The notes: generated by a model from the sequence alone, not told the origin. A stretch of DNA of 64,000 nt from Eledone cirrhosa (GCA_964016885.1 OZ024741.1:346704001-346768000); one strand, 5' to 3'; positions 27,026 through 46,290 are shown, counted from the first letter of the stretch. Translations and numbers: made by a program.

Positions 27026-29290
27026 TAAAATAACAGATTCAAGTTTAAGCAAAGAATCGCTGCTTTCACCCTAAACGGGATCTTCTGAAACTAACAAAGT
27101 CAATCTGTGACCGCAGAAGAGAATATTTCAAATAACGTTGCAACCGGAGGGAGACAGGAAGACGATACTTTGGTTCGTGGAAACGTTCCCTGGCAAAGAA
27201 TTGGAAAAAAACGAACATAATACATCATTATTTGGAGCGGTGAAAAACAATTACACGCAAAGACAAAACCACGTTTATGGTATAAAAGGAGTCGTATACT
27301 AATATTCTATTAGGTGGTTCATAGAGACGTTCTCTGGCAATGAACGGGAAAAACGAAGATAATATATCATATGTGGAGCGGGGGTGGGGTGGGGGTGGGG
27401 TGCAATTGCACGCAAAGACAAAACCACGTAAATGGTATAACTGAAGTCGTAGACTAAAATTCTAACCAGAAATCCACATATTACAACGAAGCTCTTGCTC
27501 GGAGTGGATTTGTCGATAAGGTAGCATATACAGAGTACGAGAATAGACCTAGAATAAATAGAACCCGACGCATTATATGGTATAACCCACCATTTGATAT
27601 GGAGGTGGCCACTCCATTAGCTAAGATTTTTCTCTCCCTTATTATGAAGCATTTTCCCCCTACACATAAATATAGTAACATTTTTAATAGAAATATTATT
27701 AATATTCCTTACTCTACGACTCCTAACCTTGCACATAACATCACAGATTCAAACTTAGCTAAACTACCTAGCCGTAGGAACACGTGCAACCCTGGAGTTA
27801 GTACCAACTGTAATTGTATGAATCGGGTTCACTGCCCCCTATCCGGAAAATGCCTCTCTAGTAACATTGTCTACAAATGTAAGGTTGAAACACCCACGCC
27901 CCGTATGGCCTACATAGGCTTAACCGTCAATAGATTCAAGTAGCGTCTTTACATGCATACCCATTCTATTCATTACCCTTTAAGAAGGAGTATGACGTCA
28001 CTTTCAGCTTATATCTGGAGTCTAAAAGACAACCACACCCAATATAAGTAACACTGGGAGATCCTAAATAGAGCGAGATCGTATAACGGAAATAAAAGAC
28101 CATGTGACCTCTGCGCCGATGAGGCTCTGGAAACACTCTACGCCAAAGACCACATATTAAACAAAAAATCTGAGGCAATTTAGGCTTGTAAACATAAATT
28201 GCACAAAACTTTCCTTTATTACAGCCCCACATTGTACCCTAACGGATAGTACGATCTATACGTGCATATTTTACGTCTTGATGGAGAGCTAAGTATTACT
28301 TATTTGTATAGGTAAGTATATATTACCTGTATGTTTTTTGAAGGTACGTATACTTTCTCGTACGTATATTTGATTGTATATGTTATGGCGTATATCTTAT
28401 ATATTCTTTTACATATGCTTTTGGTTATGTGTATACGTGAGTTTTGCGTCTGTGTGAGTATGTGGGTTCGTACGTATGTAGGGTGTGTGTATATGTGTAC
28501 TTCGTGTTTTGGTTGACGTAGTCTCCGAACATATGTGTATTTACAAGTAGGTATGTGTGTGCGCTTGTTATATACGTATCTATTTATATACGTTTATTTA
28601 ATTATTTGTATACACGCACACACACCCACACACACATATATATGTGCGTGTATTTGTATACTTATGGCGAATGTTTTCGCGTATGCTTGTGTATGTACGT
28701 GTATAGATGCGTGTATGCATTTACTTAATTTCAATTACCTCTGTATTTTATTTACTTTATTCTTAACTCTGAAGCCGAGAATCATTCGGTTTCCTAGTTA
28801 GAATTTTAGTCTACGACTTCAGTTATACCATTTACGTGGTTTTGTCTTTGCGTACAATTGTCCTCCCCGCTCCACATATGACGTATTATCTTCGTTTTTT
28901 TCGTTCATTGCCAGAGAACGTCTCTATGAACCACCTAATAGAATATTAGTCTACGGCTTCTTTTATACCATAAACGTGGTTTTGTCTTGCGTGTAATTGT
29001 TTTTCACCGCTCCAAATAATGACGTAGTACATTGGGTTTTTCCCGTTGTTTGCCAGGGAACGTTTCCACGTACCAAAGTATCGTCTTCCTGTCTTCCTCC
29101 GGTTGCAACGTTTTTTTAAATGTTCCCTTCTGCGTTCACAGATTGACTTTGTTAGTTTCAGAAGATCCCGTTAAGCGTGAAAGCAGCGATTCTTTGCTTA
29201 AAATTTAATCTGTTATTTTAATAAATATTTGCTCTACGGTTCTTATATATTTATCTTTATCGAGCCCTCTTTGGATTTTAGTCTTCATAT
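27021..29290 (+). mobile_element. PLE family G, 5'-truncated copy with inverted 5' pLTR
   Basis: 27021-27468 is inverted relative to about 28796-29227; decayed linker/GIY-YIG coding at 27481-28248 matches 58367-59135. Confidence 0.87.
29154..29204 (+). ncRNA. Hammerhead-like motif with CAGAAGA core, family G
   Basis: agttt CAGAAGA tcccgttaag(c/g)gt GAAA gca...tgc TT aaa(a/c)t; same core at 27042-27092 (-), 54990-55040 (+) and 56564-56614 (-). Confidence 0.7.
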
Positions 29291-29305
29291 ATATACTTAT
29301 TCAAA

Positions 29306-29389
<84 letters not shown>

Positions 29390-29471
29390 TATACACATTT
29401 AAATATGTATATATATATATATATATATGTGTATATATATATAAATAATTAAATATATATATATACATATA

Positions 29472-29737
29472 CGATATTAAATAAATGGAAACTATATTTA
29501 TAAAACCATATTTATTTCATTATATATATTTCAGGGATATCATATTAAAAATATGGTATGCCTTCTTCAGACAAAATACAATATAAACAGTCTTATAAAT
29601 AGATAGATTTGACATATAATTACAGCTTCAACTTCCATTTAAAAAGTTGATTTGGTAGTCCAAATACGTGTTGAGTGCTTTTATATCAGTTATAAATATT
29701 TACTTGTTGTAACCCAACAATTTGAATAAAACCTTGC

Positions 29738-29740
<3 letters not shown>
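29472..29740. mobile_element. Family B solo pLTR fold-back
   Basis: Minus-strand pLTR with HHR joined to a plus-strand pLTR tail; flanked by (TA)n. Confidence 0.75.
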
Positions 29741-29768
<28 letters not shown>

Positions 29769-29806
29769 AATATATACATAATTAAATATATAAATATATA
29801 CATATT

Positions 29807-29910
<104 letters not shown>

Positions 29911-30020
29911 TATACACATATATACACATATTCAAACATATGCGCGTGTGTGTTATCAGGTGTGTCGTGAATATAAATATATAGTATTCAAATACGGTTG
30001 GAATTGAGTATTAAAATAAA

Positions 30021-30062
<42 letters not shown>

Positions 30063-30619
30063 TAAATCATGTCTTTAGAATCATCAGATAATAAAATATA
30101 TACTATTTCTTCTTCTAATTAGCATAATTAACCATATAAAAAATCAATCAGAACAAGCTATAAGAATAAATGCTCTTATGGGGAAATCTCCGACAAATAA
30201 CCGAACGTAGCCTCTTCGCGGCGGCCTCAGTCGAGTATTTATCCAACATTTCGACAGCATGTAGAAACTGACTAAATATACCATCAACCATACACAATTA
30301 GTTGTAAAATTAAACTCAGAAGAAATGCGCACATACCGTAATTATATCTCTACCATGGTTTCTTCCTTATTTTGGACATCCAAATAATAGGAATGTCCTG
30401 AGTTAGGATTCATCAGGAGACAAACTCAAAATCAGACATCTTGTTTTTCAATCCGATCCCGCCAAAATTAGATTCAAAAATGGCTAAAAATCGCTATGTG
30501 GCTGTGTTCAAGCCAGAGAGAAAGAATGCGATTGGTTGCTTACGGCGGGTAGGCTTGCTGCTAGAAAGCGCAGCCAAATATTGCCAAATTTAATCTCAAC
30601 CTATTGGGAGATTATTAAA

Positions 30620-30861
30620 TATAAAGGTTAACATATACATAAAGTTATAGATATATATACGTTGCAACTGGTCACTTTTAAGCTCTCTGAAGAATTAATA
30701 AATTAAAAAATCAGAGCATTATATCATAAATCATATCTGATGATTCTAAAGACATGATTTATGATATAATGGTCTGATTTTTTAATTTATTAATTCTTCA
30801 TAGAGTTTAAAAGTGACCAGTTGCAACGTATATATATCTATAACTTTATGTATATGTTAAC

Positions 30862-30868
<7 letters not shown>
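30620..30868. repeat. Imperfect palindrome with ~110-bp arms and central CTGATGA (probable decayed pLTR fold-back)
   Basis: aggttaacatatac...aaatcat pairs with atgattt...gtatatgttaacct; a related fragment lies at 30059-30092. Confidence 0.65.
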
Positions 30869-30921
<53 letters not shown>

Positions 30922-31087
30922 GTTTCTATTTGTAAAGCCAAATCAATACAGGTATGGACATAGAATATAAATGCAAATACAAAAGATATTGTTGACAATA
31001 AGTCTTTTACCTTAAATGCATTGTTTTGGCTTTACAAATACAAACGTTTACCTCATTACACAATGCTTCAAGTGAACTATATCTTCC

Positions 31088-31301
<214 letters not shown>

Positions 31302-31548
31302 CTGTGTTACCAGGTATGGCGTGAATATATAAACTAGTCGAAGACGGTTGGAATTTGAGCATAAAAAATATATTTAATGATTCCTTGATTTGCAGCATTC
31401 TATAAAATTATGCTTGACTCGTTGATGTTTTCCATTTTCATTCACCCTCTTTCTGACTCTCGGTATTTCAATTTATTTTCAAGTAAATCAACTGCACTAA
31501 ATGTCGGAAACATTTAATCATTTGCAGCAAATTACAATGAATGCTGTA

Positions 31549-31675
<127 letters not shown>

Positions 31676-31682
31676 TATATAC

Positions 31683-31724
<42 letters not shown>

Positions 31725-31942
31725 GTGTGTGTGTGTTTCTCTCTTCAGACTGTTATAGCGATCTATGCATTGTGGTTGTTACTATTGTACTTCTTAGAAG
31801 ATTGAAACATTGGTAAATATACATAAATCGATAAATATTGATTGAGAGTAGGGAGACAGACAGATAGACACATGCAGATAGGTAAATAAATATACGCGTA
31901 TATGTATGTAAATAGTTATATCATACTGAGAAGCAATTGAGT

Positions 31943-31979
<37 letters not shown>

Positions 31980-32068
31980 AACATGGAGAGAAGAATACTG
32001 CATGGTTGCACATGGATTACATATTATAAAAATCAGTCCCTCATCAGTGATTTGCCAACCATCATTGG

Positions 32069-32121
<53 letters not shown>

Positions 32122-32592
32122 TAAACGGAATAGAAAATGCTGACAAATTGTTCACAGTTGAAAAATGGTTTAATCAGGAATAAAAGAGTATTAGTGATTG
32201 TATGGGTTAGTATTCAGTTGTGGTTTTAAGTTTTTAAGTTTTTACTGGTTGCGCATTTTTAAATGCTTTTCAAAAATAATTTTGAGATAGAGTGTCCCTG
32301 CTGTTTGCTCTGATCTGATTAGTTTTGGGAATTCTACCTTTTTTTATGTTAAAAAAGTGGCTCCAGCGTTACTTTGGTGTTGCAAAAATTCTTGTGGTCA
32401 AAACAATTTTGATTGGTCGGTAGAGGTCATGTGAATGTAAAAAATTGATTTTGCGCCAAGACTGTTTTTATGTTAAAAAAGTGGCTCCAGCAAAAATTCT
32501 TGTGGTCAAAAGAATTTTGATTGGTCGGTAGAGGTCATGTGAATATAAAATTGGTTTTGCGCCAGGATTGAGAAATGACTCTTTCACAACAA

Positions 32593-32664
<72 letters not shown>

Positions 32665-33106
32665 TAGTAGTAGTAAGGTGTTCGATGTTGTGATAATGGT
32701 TAGCAGCGATGTGTGTCAAATGGCTATTAAGATAAGTGTTTGTGTGTGTGTGTGTGTGTGTATAGCAGAGTGATTCGTGGTGGCAGGGATGGTCAGTAAG
32801 AATGTGTCTGAAAGCAATGGGGGTATTTTAGAATGTCAAAAGATATTTTTCAGCTTTTGTCTTATACGGAGAAGTGTGTGTGTGTGTATATAAGTCTCTT
32901 TGTATGTTGATGTACGTGTGTGTATGTGTGTGTGTATATATATATGTGTGGGGGGGGGGACCAGTATTTTTTTCCCCCTGGTAAAATGGTGTACATTATT
33001 CGATTTTTTCAGTAAAATCGGTTCTCTTAATAGAACATCAAAAATCTTAACAATAAAAGGTGTGAAATGATATTCACTATATACATATACACATACATAT
33101 ATTCAC

Positions 33107-33138
<32 letters not shown>

Positions 33139-33251
33139 TACATATATATACATATATATATGCGCATATATGTCATTGTGTTTATATGTGGGTAGAGATG
33201 TGTGCTGATGTAGGTATGTATGTTGACGTGTGTATGTGTTGTGGGTTCGTC

Positions 33252-33536
33252 TTAGGGAGAAGTGTTTAGACGGGGTCCGTATTTGTTAATGAAGTAAGAT
33301 TCCTTGCTGATGCGCTGGGTGTGGGTGGCATTATCTTTAAATTTGTAGAGGGGAAAGATTCTGAAGTTGGGATGATTTTGGGCGGCACAGGTATCAATGT
33401 GTTCACTCAGTGGTATTTTCCTGTATTCCCGTATTTTAATTTGGAATCTATGGACAGTCATGCGTTGGCTGAGGGTGTTTTTGGTCTGGCCTATGTATTG
33501 TTCTCGACAACCTGAACACGTTAATACATATATTAG
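33252..33536 (-). pseudogene. C-terminal GIY-YIG endonuclease fragment of a CCHH-type PLE (Neptune/Penelope-like)
   Basis: Minus strand LIYVLTCSGCREQYIGQTKNTLSQRMTVH...LSEH...KESYFINKYGPRLN; probable 3' UTR extends towards about 32120. Confidence 0.8.
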
Positions 33537-33543
33537 ATATATA

Positions 33544-34310
<767 letters not shown>

Positions 34311-35379
34311 AACCAGAAGTGTTGACATTTCAGAAATTTTAATGAAGTGGATCTTTAAATAAACAAAATATATTTAATCAACAGCCACGAAATTTAGTAA
34401 ATAAATTATGTGATATTCATTCATTATTTATTCAAAGTAATCCAACTTATTTTACTAATGGGATAACAAATTATAAACAGTACGCAGTCCTGAGCTCTTT
34501 ATTTTATTATAGTTTAGATAACAAAAGATGCACGGTTAGATCCAAATAGAAGACTTTCATGTCTTCGTATATCTATAAGAGGATTGTCACATTCATTTTT
34601 CTCGGAATAAATATGAATATATTTACATACGTAAAAAACGCAACCGGGCGTAGAAGAGAAATTTATGCGGGGAATCACAAGACATGTAAATGAATAGACT
34701 TAAAACATAAATCTATGAAAAATCACTCGTAATATTATACTAATTTAAAGTGTCATAACATATATGATAAAGGAAATAATAACTGTTACACCTTAAAGTA
34801 TATACAGTTTCCCATGTATTATATTATTTAGTTATATGTACCAAATAATATGTTTCTCTAATGATATATGGCTATGTACATAAATCTTTTAATTTAAATT
34901 ATTGGTGCTCTGGACAAACGTCCATTCAGGTTTTTGCTGAAAAACATAATCACCATGCATATTATATATGTTATCATACTTTACATTAGTATATATCTGC
35001 TCTAAATTCTTAATTTGTTGAGCTGCCTGTGCTATCACTGGTACATCGAACCTCTTACTAGTGGATCCAAAGTCCAGTCCTAATTATATCTGCTGTCACA
35101 GTTAACACTTAAATCACACCACGATATATGGATTGACTACACTCAGAACATAACTCATAAAATGGTGTTTTGTAGATTATTGGAACATTTCCAAAGACTA
35201 TTTCCTCTGACGAATAGCTTCGCGTCTTCCGTAGCATTACCAAAATCTATAGTTGATTATCGATAATCGATTGCTTAGATTTAGTCTCACTATGGTTTTA
35301 CAAGCTAGTGGCTTTAACGAAAATGATAACATTTCCACCTTAAAATATATACTGTTTGCCAAATATGATATGCTTTTTT

Positions 35380-35552
35380 AGGGCGGTGGATTGGCAGTAT
35401 CAGTAGAGGGTCGGACTCCATGCTTTGACGCAAAGAGTTACAACCCTTTACAATTTGAGTTCAAATCGCGCCGAGGTTAACTTTGCCTTTCATCCTTACG
35501 GGGTCGATAAAATAAAGTACCAGTAATGTACTGCCAAAGTAGAAACAATTAT
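35380..35552 (+). mobile_element. tRNA-derived SINE (octopus OK/OR-like)
   Basis: A-box-like tggcagtatcag, B-box gagttcaaatc and body aactttgcctttcatccttacggggtcgataaaataaagtaccag; family assignment is from recollection. Confidence 0.7.
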
Positions 35553-35756
35553 ATGCTTTTTATATATATGTACAAAATGATGTGTGATACTCTGATGATA
35601 TATGGCTATATACATATATTTTTTAATTTGAATTATTGTTGTTCTGGATAAATGTACATTGAGCTTTGCTGCTGAGAAACATATTCATCATATATATCAT
35701 ATTTATTATGATACATTAAAGTAGTGTATATACAAAGTAATATAACAATACAAAGA

Positions 35757-36147
35757 CGATTTGTGAAGCCTTCATTACGTTTATTGATTGGTGACGTGCG
35801 ATTCGCTATTGATCAGCTCAAGGTTCTATCTGTATCGATTTGGCCCAATACAGATATCAAAAGTTCGTCGTACCTCTACTGTTGTAATGTTCATTCTGTT
35901 ATTACAACAGCAGAGGTCGGACGAGCTTTTGATTCCAGAGTCTGGTCAGATCGATACCGAATGAACCTTGAGCTGATCAATAACAAAACGCGCGTTACCA
36001 ACCAATAAACGTAATGAACGCTTAACAAATCGTCCTTGAATTATGATATTACACTGTCTAGCTCTACACCTCACAACTGACGTGAACCTAAACATCGACT
36101 GCTCACCTGGGTGAACCTACAGTAACTTCACGTTATACACCCTGGAA
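35757..36147 (+). mobile_element. Family F pLTR fold-back (~135-bp arms) with decayed HHR
   Basis: Matches 25037-25385; core mutated to cggacga and aaaa. Confidence 0.65.
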
Positions 36148-36499
36148 ATATATATATACATACATATATATATACATATACATACACACATATATATATA
36201 TATACATACACACATATATATATATACACATACACACACACATATATACAAACACCCACACTCACACATATATACACACACACACACACATACATATACA
36301 CACACATATATATATACACACACACATATATATATATATACACACACACATATATATACACACACATATATATATACACACACACATATATATACACACA
36401 CACATATACACACATATATATACACACACACACATATATACACATACACACATACACATATATACACACACACACACATATATATATACACACACACAA

Positions 36500-36548
<49 letters not shown>

Positions 36549-36835
36549 TAGTATATGTTGGTTGTATACCGTCACCTCAGTATGCAGGCTGGAGCACTCG
36601 ACGAAGTGCGCAGGTTGGTTTGGTTACTCCGGAATAATGTAAAATAAAGTAAAATAAATAAGTGAAATGTTTAAAATTGAGCTTCGTTTATTACTGCTAT
36701 ATATATGTTTCGGTGAATCTATGATTCCAGTTCCTCAGTGAAATAACAACCCAACCAGGAACTGGGCATATCAGAGTATTGACAAAAGTATACACCTAAA
36801 CAACATATGTACTTGTCTATACCACACTAATTCAG

Positions 36836-36890
36836 ACTGCCTGAAGAGGTCACAGCCAAAGATGGCTGTCACCGAAATATATATAGCAGT
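36836..36890 (+). ncRNA. Type I hammerhead ribozyme, family I (within fold-back 36664-36919)
   Basis: actgc CTGAAGA ggtcacagcc aaagat ggctgtcacc GAAA tatata TA gcagt; decayed copy at about 53935-53987 (-). Confidence 0.88.
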
Positions 36891-36936
36891 AATAAACGAA
36901 GTTAAATTTTAAACATTTGACTTATTTATTTTACTT

Positions 36937-36984
<48 letters not shown>

Positions 36985-36989
<5 letters not shown>

Positions 36990-37420
36990 CAATGATATTA
37001 ATAAATGGAAACTATATTTATAATACCATATTTATTCTATTATATATATTTCAAGGGTACCAAACCTTTGTTACGCTCTCATCAGATAACATACAAAGTT
37101 TGTTTTATGAATATTGACATATCCAGGAAGGGGATCTTAGCGGTTCAAGTTTTTGTTGGGTAAACTTGAACCGTTAAGATCTCCTTCCTGGATATGTCAA
37201 TATTTATAAAACACACTTTGTATTTTATCTGATGAGAGTGTACCAAATGTTGGTACCCTTGAAATATATATATAATAGAACAAATATGGTTTTATAAATA
37301 TAGTTTCTATTTATTAATATCATTGATATTATGCTCCAGAAACTGTCGAGTGCTTGCTTCGAATCAGTTATAAATATATATGTATTTTGAATTACCAACA
37401 AATTAAATATCCCTTTTGCT
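36985..37420. mobile_element. Family B' pLTR palindrome with HHRs on both arms
   Basis: Arms centred at about 37157; plus-strand HHR at 37223-37280 (ttttat CTGATGA gagtgtacc...ggtaccctt GAAA tatatata TA atagaa). Confidence 0.78.
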
Positions 37421-41694
<4,274 letters not shown>

Positions 41695-41715
41695 TATATA
41701 TATACATTATATACA

Positions 41716-42096
41716 TTATATTAATAAATAGAAACTATGTTTATAAAACCATAATTATTTTATTATATATATTTCAAGGGCAACCAAGGCAAATTTTGGT
41801 GCGCTTTCATCAGATCAAATACAAAATTTGTTTTATAAATGTTGACATACCCACAGAAAAACAACCTTGACGGTTGGAGATTCGCTGGATAGTGGAAATA
41901 TTTTATTGTTGGTGATTCACAGTTATGTGTGATTATGCAAATGAATGAAATATATATAATAACATAATTATGGTTTTATAAATATAGTTTCCATTTATTA
42001 ATATAATGAATATTTACTCCACCAAACTGTTGAGTGCTTTATATCAGTTATAAAACTTTTAAGTTTGTTGAATTCCAACAAAATAAATATAACCTT

Positions 42097-42100
<4 letters not shown>
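41716..42100. mobile_element. Family B' pLTR remnants in inverted arrangement
   Basis: Minus-strand HHR at about 41755-41820; plus-strand tail at 41945-42100. Confidence 0.68.
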
Positions 42101-42123
<23 letters not shown>

Positions 42124-42131
<8 letters not shown>

Positions 42132-42330
42132 TAAAATAACAGATTAAAGTTTAAGCAAAAAATCGCTGCTTTCACCCTTAACGGGATCTTCTGAAGATCC
42201 CGTTAAGGGTGAAAGCAGCGATTTTTTGCTTAAACTTTAATCTGTTATTTTAATAAATATTTGCTCTACGGTTCTTATATATTTGATATATATTTTCCTT
42301 ATCGAGCCCTCTTTGGATTTTAGTCTTCAA
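42124..42330 (+). mobile_element. Family G solo pLTR with perfect 68-bp-arm palindrome (42124-42260)
   Basis: Centre gggatcttc t gaagatccc at 42192. Confidence 0.82.
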
Positions 42331-42959
42331 TTTTATTATTATTACTATATATATATATATATACATATACATACTAATGAAAAATTAAAATTTTTGTTTA
42401 GATGTAATAGATAGGAAGGTATTTATTCCTCTACAAATTTGACGGATTCTTGACCTAAATGCCATGAGTGAAGTTATTGTTAAGAATAGGTGCTATGGGT
42501 GGATGAATCGCCAATGTCATTGATTTCTTTCTTTCTGTTATCGTTTATTTCCTTTCTCCACTTCAGCGACAAATGGAAATTTATCTGGCAGGTCTTGATT
42601 TTTGTTAAATATTTTTGTAAATCTCTGTTTGTGTATTTGACATTATTTATAGATTTGTTTGTGTATATATGATATAATCTTAATTACTTTTTGCATTATT
42701 TGTAAATAATCACATTTAAGTCGCCTTTTGATATAGTATTTTGTTATTTTCATTTTGTGTTCATTTCGCTTACTTCATTAATGGCTTTATTATTTTTTTT
42801 TATTATTGTTCTTTTGTTCTTCTATGTTGTGTTGTATATACTAGCCTTTCCGATAATTGGCATTGCATAATCTAAGATGATATTTTGAGGGTTTCAAGTA
42901 GATAAACAACAGAAGGAGATGGAGCGTGTTCTAATACATAATGGGGACGCCGTCTCTGC

Positions 42960-43535
42960 AGATAACTGTTTATACTTTTGGCACATGCCCAGCAATTATC
43001 CCAGTGCATTACTGGTACTTTATTATATCGACTCCGTAAGGATGAAAGGCAAAGTTAACCTCGACGCCTTTCATCCTTACGGCGTCGATGAAATAAAGTT
43101 CCTGTAATGTACTGGTTAATTGCTAGCCTTGTGCAAAAGTAGAAACAATTATTAGTATCGGTAGAGAGTCGGACACCATGATTTTCATATAGAGTTACGG
43201 CCCGTTACGATCTGAGTTCAGCTCCCGCCGCGGTCAACTTTGCCTTGCAGCCTTACGAGGTCGATAAAATAAAGTACCAGTAATGTACTGGATAATTGCT
43301 GACCTTGCGTCAAAAGTAGAAACAATCATTTAGAAAAAATAATACGTTTGGCATAGTAGAGCGTCAGACACCATGCTTTGCAACATCGAGTTATGACCCT
43401 TTACGCGCTGTGTTAAAATCCCACCGAGGTTAACTTTGCTTTTCATCCTTTCGGGGTCGATAAAATACAGCGCCAGTAATCCACTGGGGCTATTGCTGGC
43501 CTTGTGCCATAAGCTGAAACAATTATTTAGAAAAA
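42960..43535. mobile_element. Cluster of four SINE copies or fragments (one inverted, three tandem)
   Basis: Repeated actttgcc(t)ttcatccttacggggtcgataaaataaagtaccagtaat motif, as at 35380. Confidence 0.72.
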
Positions 43536-44582
43536 TACGTAGTATGACGGCTGTATCTTGATAAAGTCTGTCTTTCCCATTCAGTGGCTTTTGCGGTCCG
43601 GTTACATATGGCGAGCTTGGCAACATGGGCCACTTTAAAAGAGGTTGAAGCGTGGAACACAACTAAACAAGTTTTGTTTATCATATTCATCTTTTTGCGT
43701 TATTGTTAAGATGTTTAAAGCGGGAAACAATTAAAACGCTAACAGGAATTAATTAGGAGTTGAGGAAATGTACAATGTCGTTTATAGCAAATTTACTTTT
43801 TTATTACATATATTCGTGAAAGAACTGGAATTATGTATTCTTAAGTATTTATTATTTAATCTTTAATTTTCTATTCCAGCCAGCATATATTTTAGTATAT
43901 TTAATTTCAGACACTTTCTTCACGACTTCTGTGATTACCAAGTAATAATAAATAAAAAAAATGCCTGGATTCACGTCTGCATATTCGGATATTATTAATA
44001 TAATAACAAATTTGGTATACTGATGTATTTAATATAATCGACCCAGAATCCAGCTGATAATTATTTATACAATGCAAAATTAACATAATGGTTATTTCTC
44101 AATGATTTTTATCTCTGGGTATATAAATTCTAATCAGTGATTAATAATCCTGGATTAATTAATATGTTATCAGCAACTAAACTAGGAGATTGGATTCCAA
44201 TGGGGGCATCTATTTAAGGCTTCCTTACACTATTCAAAATGAGAATAATGGGACATCATTCATAGTAAATGTAAGGAACCAATCATAGTGTTTTCAAGTG
44301 CTATTCAATTTAAATAGTAACAAAACGCTATTATATATACTTATGTATTATGAGAGAAAAAGGCTGCAATACAGCCACGCTAAAATCACGTGAAACGATA
44401 AACAACATGGCTACTATAATTTCTAACTCTAAAGTAATTTCAAGAAATTCAAAGAGTTCACAGATGTTTTCGACTGTATATTCGCTATCCAGCTGGGCAA
44501 TTTCTTGCGATTCCTGGAGGAGATCGATTAAATCTTTTCAAATTATGATGTACATCAAAACATCAAAATAGATATTGCCATG

Positions 44583-44658
<76 letters not shown>

Positions 44659-45440
44659 TGTGCTCGTGTTCGCGTGAGTATATGTATATATATATATAGA
44701 GAGAGATAAATGTATAAACATAATTGCACGAGTGTGTGCATGAGCGTCTGTCTAAGAACAAAGTGTTGCAAAACATTGTGATTGTGTATGATATGTTACT
44801 TAGTTTTCCATTAGAAGACGAAATGATATTCATATATTTATCAAATGCATGCGTAAAATCTTTCTAAATTCTAAATTACGCACACACGCACACACACACA
44901 CACACACCACACAGACACAGTCACACCCACACACAGGTTCTCGCGCGCAGGCACTCACACACATGTATGTATATATATTTATTAAGCAAAAGATAAAGAC
45001 AAATTATGGAAGATGTGTTTATTTGTGCGTGTATGAGGAATGGCGTTTGCCTTTATGCATATGCGTTTCAGAAAATATGTTTGTATGTAAGCAAGTAGTA
45101 AACAACTAGGAAACAACGGCGAATATATTTTTCGTTAGTGGATCACAATAATTCTGAAGCATATTATGGCAGATGTACACTTTCTCAAATTAACCCTCAT
45201 ATATGAAAACACTCAAATATGAAAAAATTAACACTCATATATGAAAAAACAACCTGTGCCCCCCCTCCTTGTTTGAAGACCTTTGTAACGCGAACTGGCT
45301 CGAAATTTATTATAATTATTGACCAACCAATCAAATTACTTCTCTAAAGTATTTCAAGCCACTCTTTTCCATATAAAACAAGTAACATTCAGAGTCCAAC
45401 CAGATGTGAGAAAAACCACAGACCCTCCATCTCAACTCTA

Positions 45441-45476
45441 CTTTTGAAAAGCAGAAGAACTGCGAAACCGGTAAAG
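45441..45476 (+). ncRNA. Minimal hammerhead with U3-A8 core (UUGAAAA)
   Basis: ctt TTGAAAA gcag aagaa ctgc GAAA ccgg TA aag; about 75 nt upstream of a (TA)n tract; stem I only 3 bp. Confidence 0.6.
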
Positions 45477-45548
45477 GAACCAAATAAATATATATATATT
45501 TTACAAATAAGACTCCAGTTGCATTTTCGATTTCATCTTTTTTCTGTA

Positions 45549-45665
<117 letters not shown>

Positions 45666-45673
45666 TATATATA

Positions 45674-45704
<31 letters not shown>

Positions 45705-45710
<6 letters not shown>

Positions 45711-46210
45711 TAAACTGCGATTCTGTTTTTCTCTCTCTCTCTCTTACTGCTCCCTCGTTCTCTCTGTTTCTCCTACTTTCTTTCGCCCCCTCTGTCATGT
45801 CAGTTAACTCTTCCTCACACTTCCACTCACTCACTCACTGTTTCTCCCCTTCTCACTTCACTCCGTTCGCGACGAAAATATTTTCCTTCTTTCTTACATT
45901 TGGATTCATCTCGAAAGGTCTTTTTTCTAAGCGCTCATATATTCACCTAGCTTATGCTAACAGAATAACTATGTAGCTTGTTCCCTTACTATCTACGGTT
46001 AGCTTTCCCCTTTGTTGTTTACTTGTCTCACTCGCTTTACGCGTTTTAATTGTCCTAATAACTTAATTTAGTTATTATTGCACCAACGTGAGGTATATGA
46101 TTTTTAATGCAATGAAATATCTATGATCGTTGGCAAATCACTGATGAGGGACTCATTTTATAACATGTTATCCATGTGCAACCTGCAGTATTCTTCTCCC
46201 CTTTTTTCAC
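45705..46210 (+). mobile_element. Dispersed repeat family X (probable PLE 3' UTR); other copies at 55080-55595 (-) and 31975-32072 (-)
   Basis: Shared pyrimidine-rich body and ttggcaaatcactgatgagggact...gcagtattcttct tail next to (TA)n. Confidence 0.6.
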
Positions 46211-46242
<32 letters not shown>

Positions 46243-46290
46243 ATATATACATACACACACACGCACACATGTATATATATATATATGTAT

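Noticed and set aside
30185-30420. Minus-strand CTGATGA at about 30410 as a hammerhead
   Set aside because: No consistent stem II, stem III or NUH site could be assembled.
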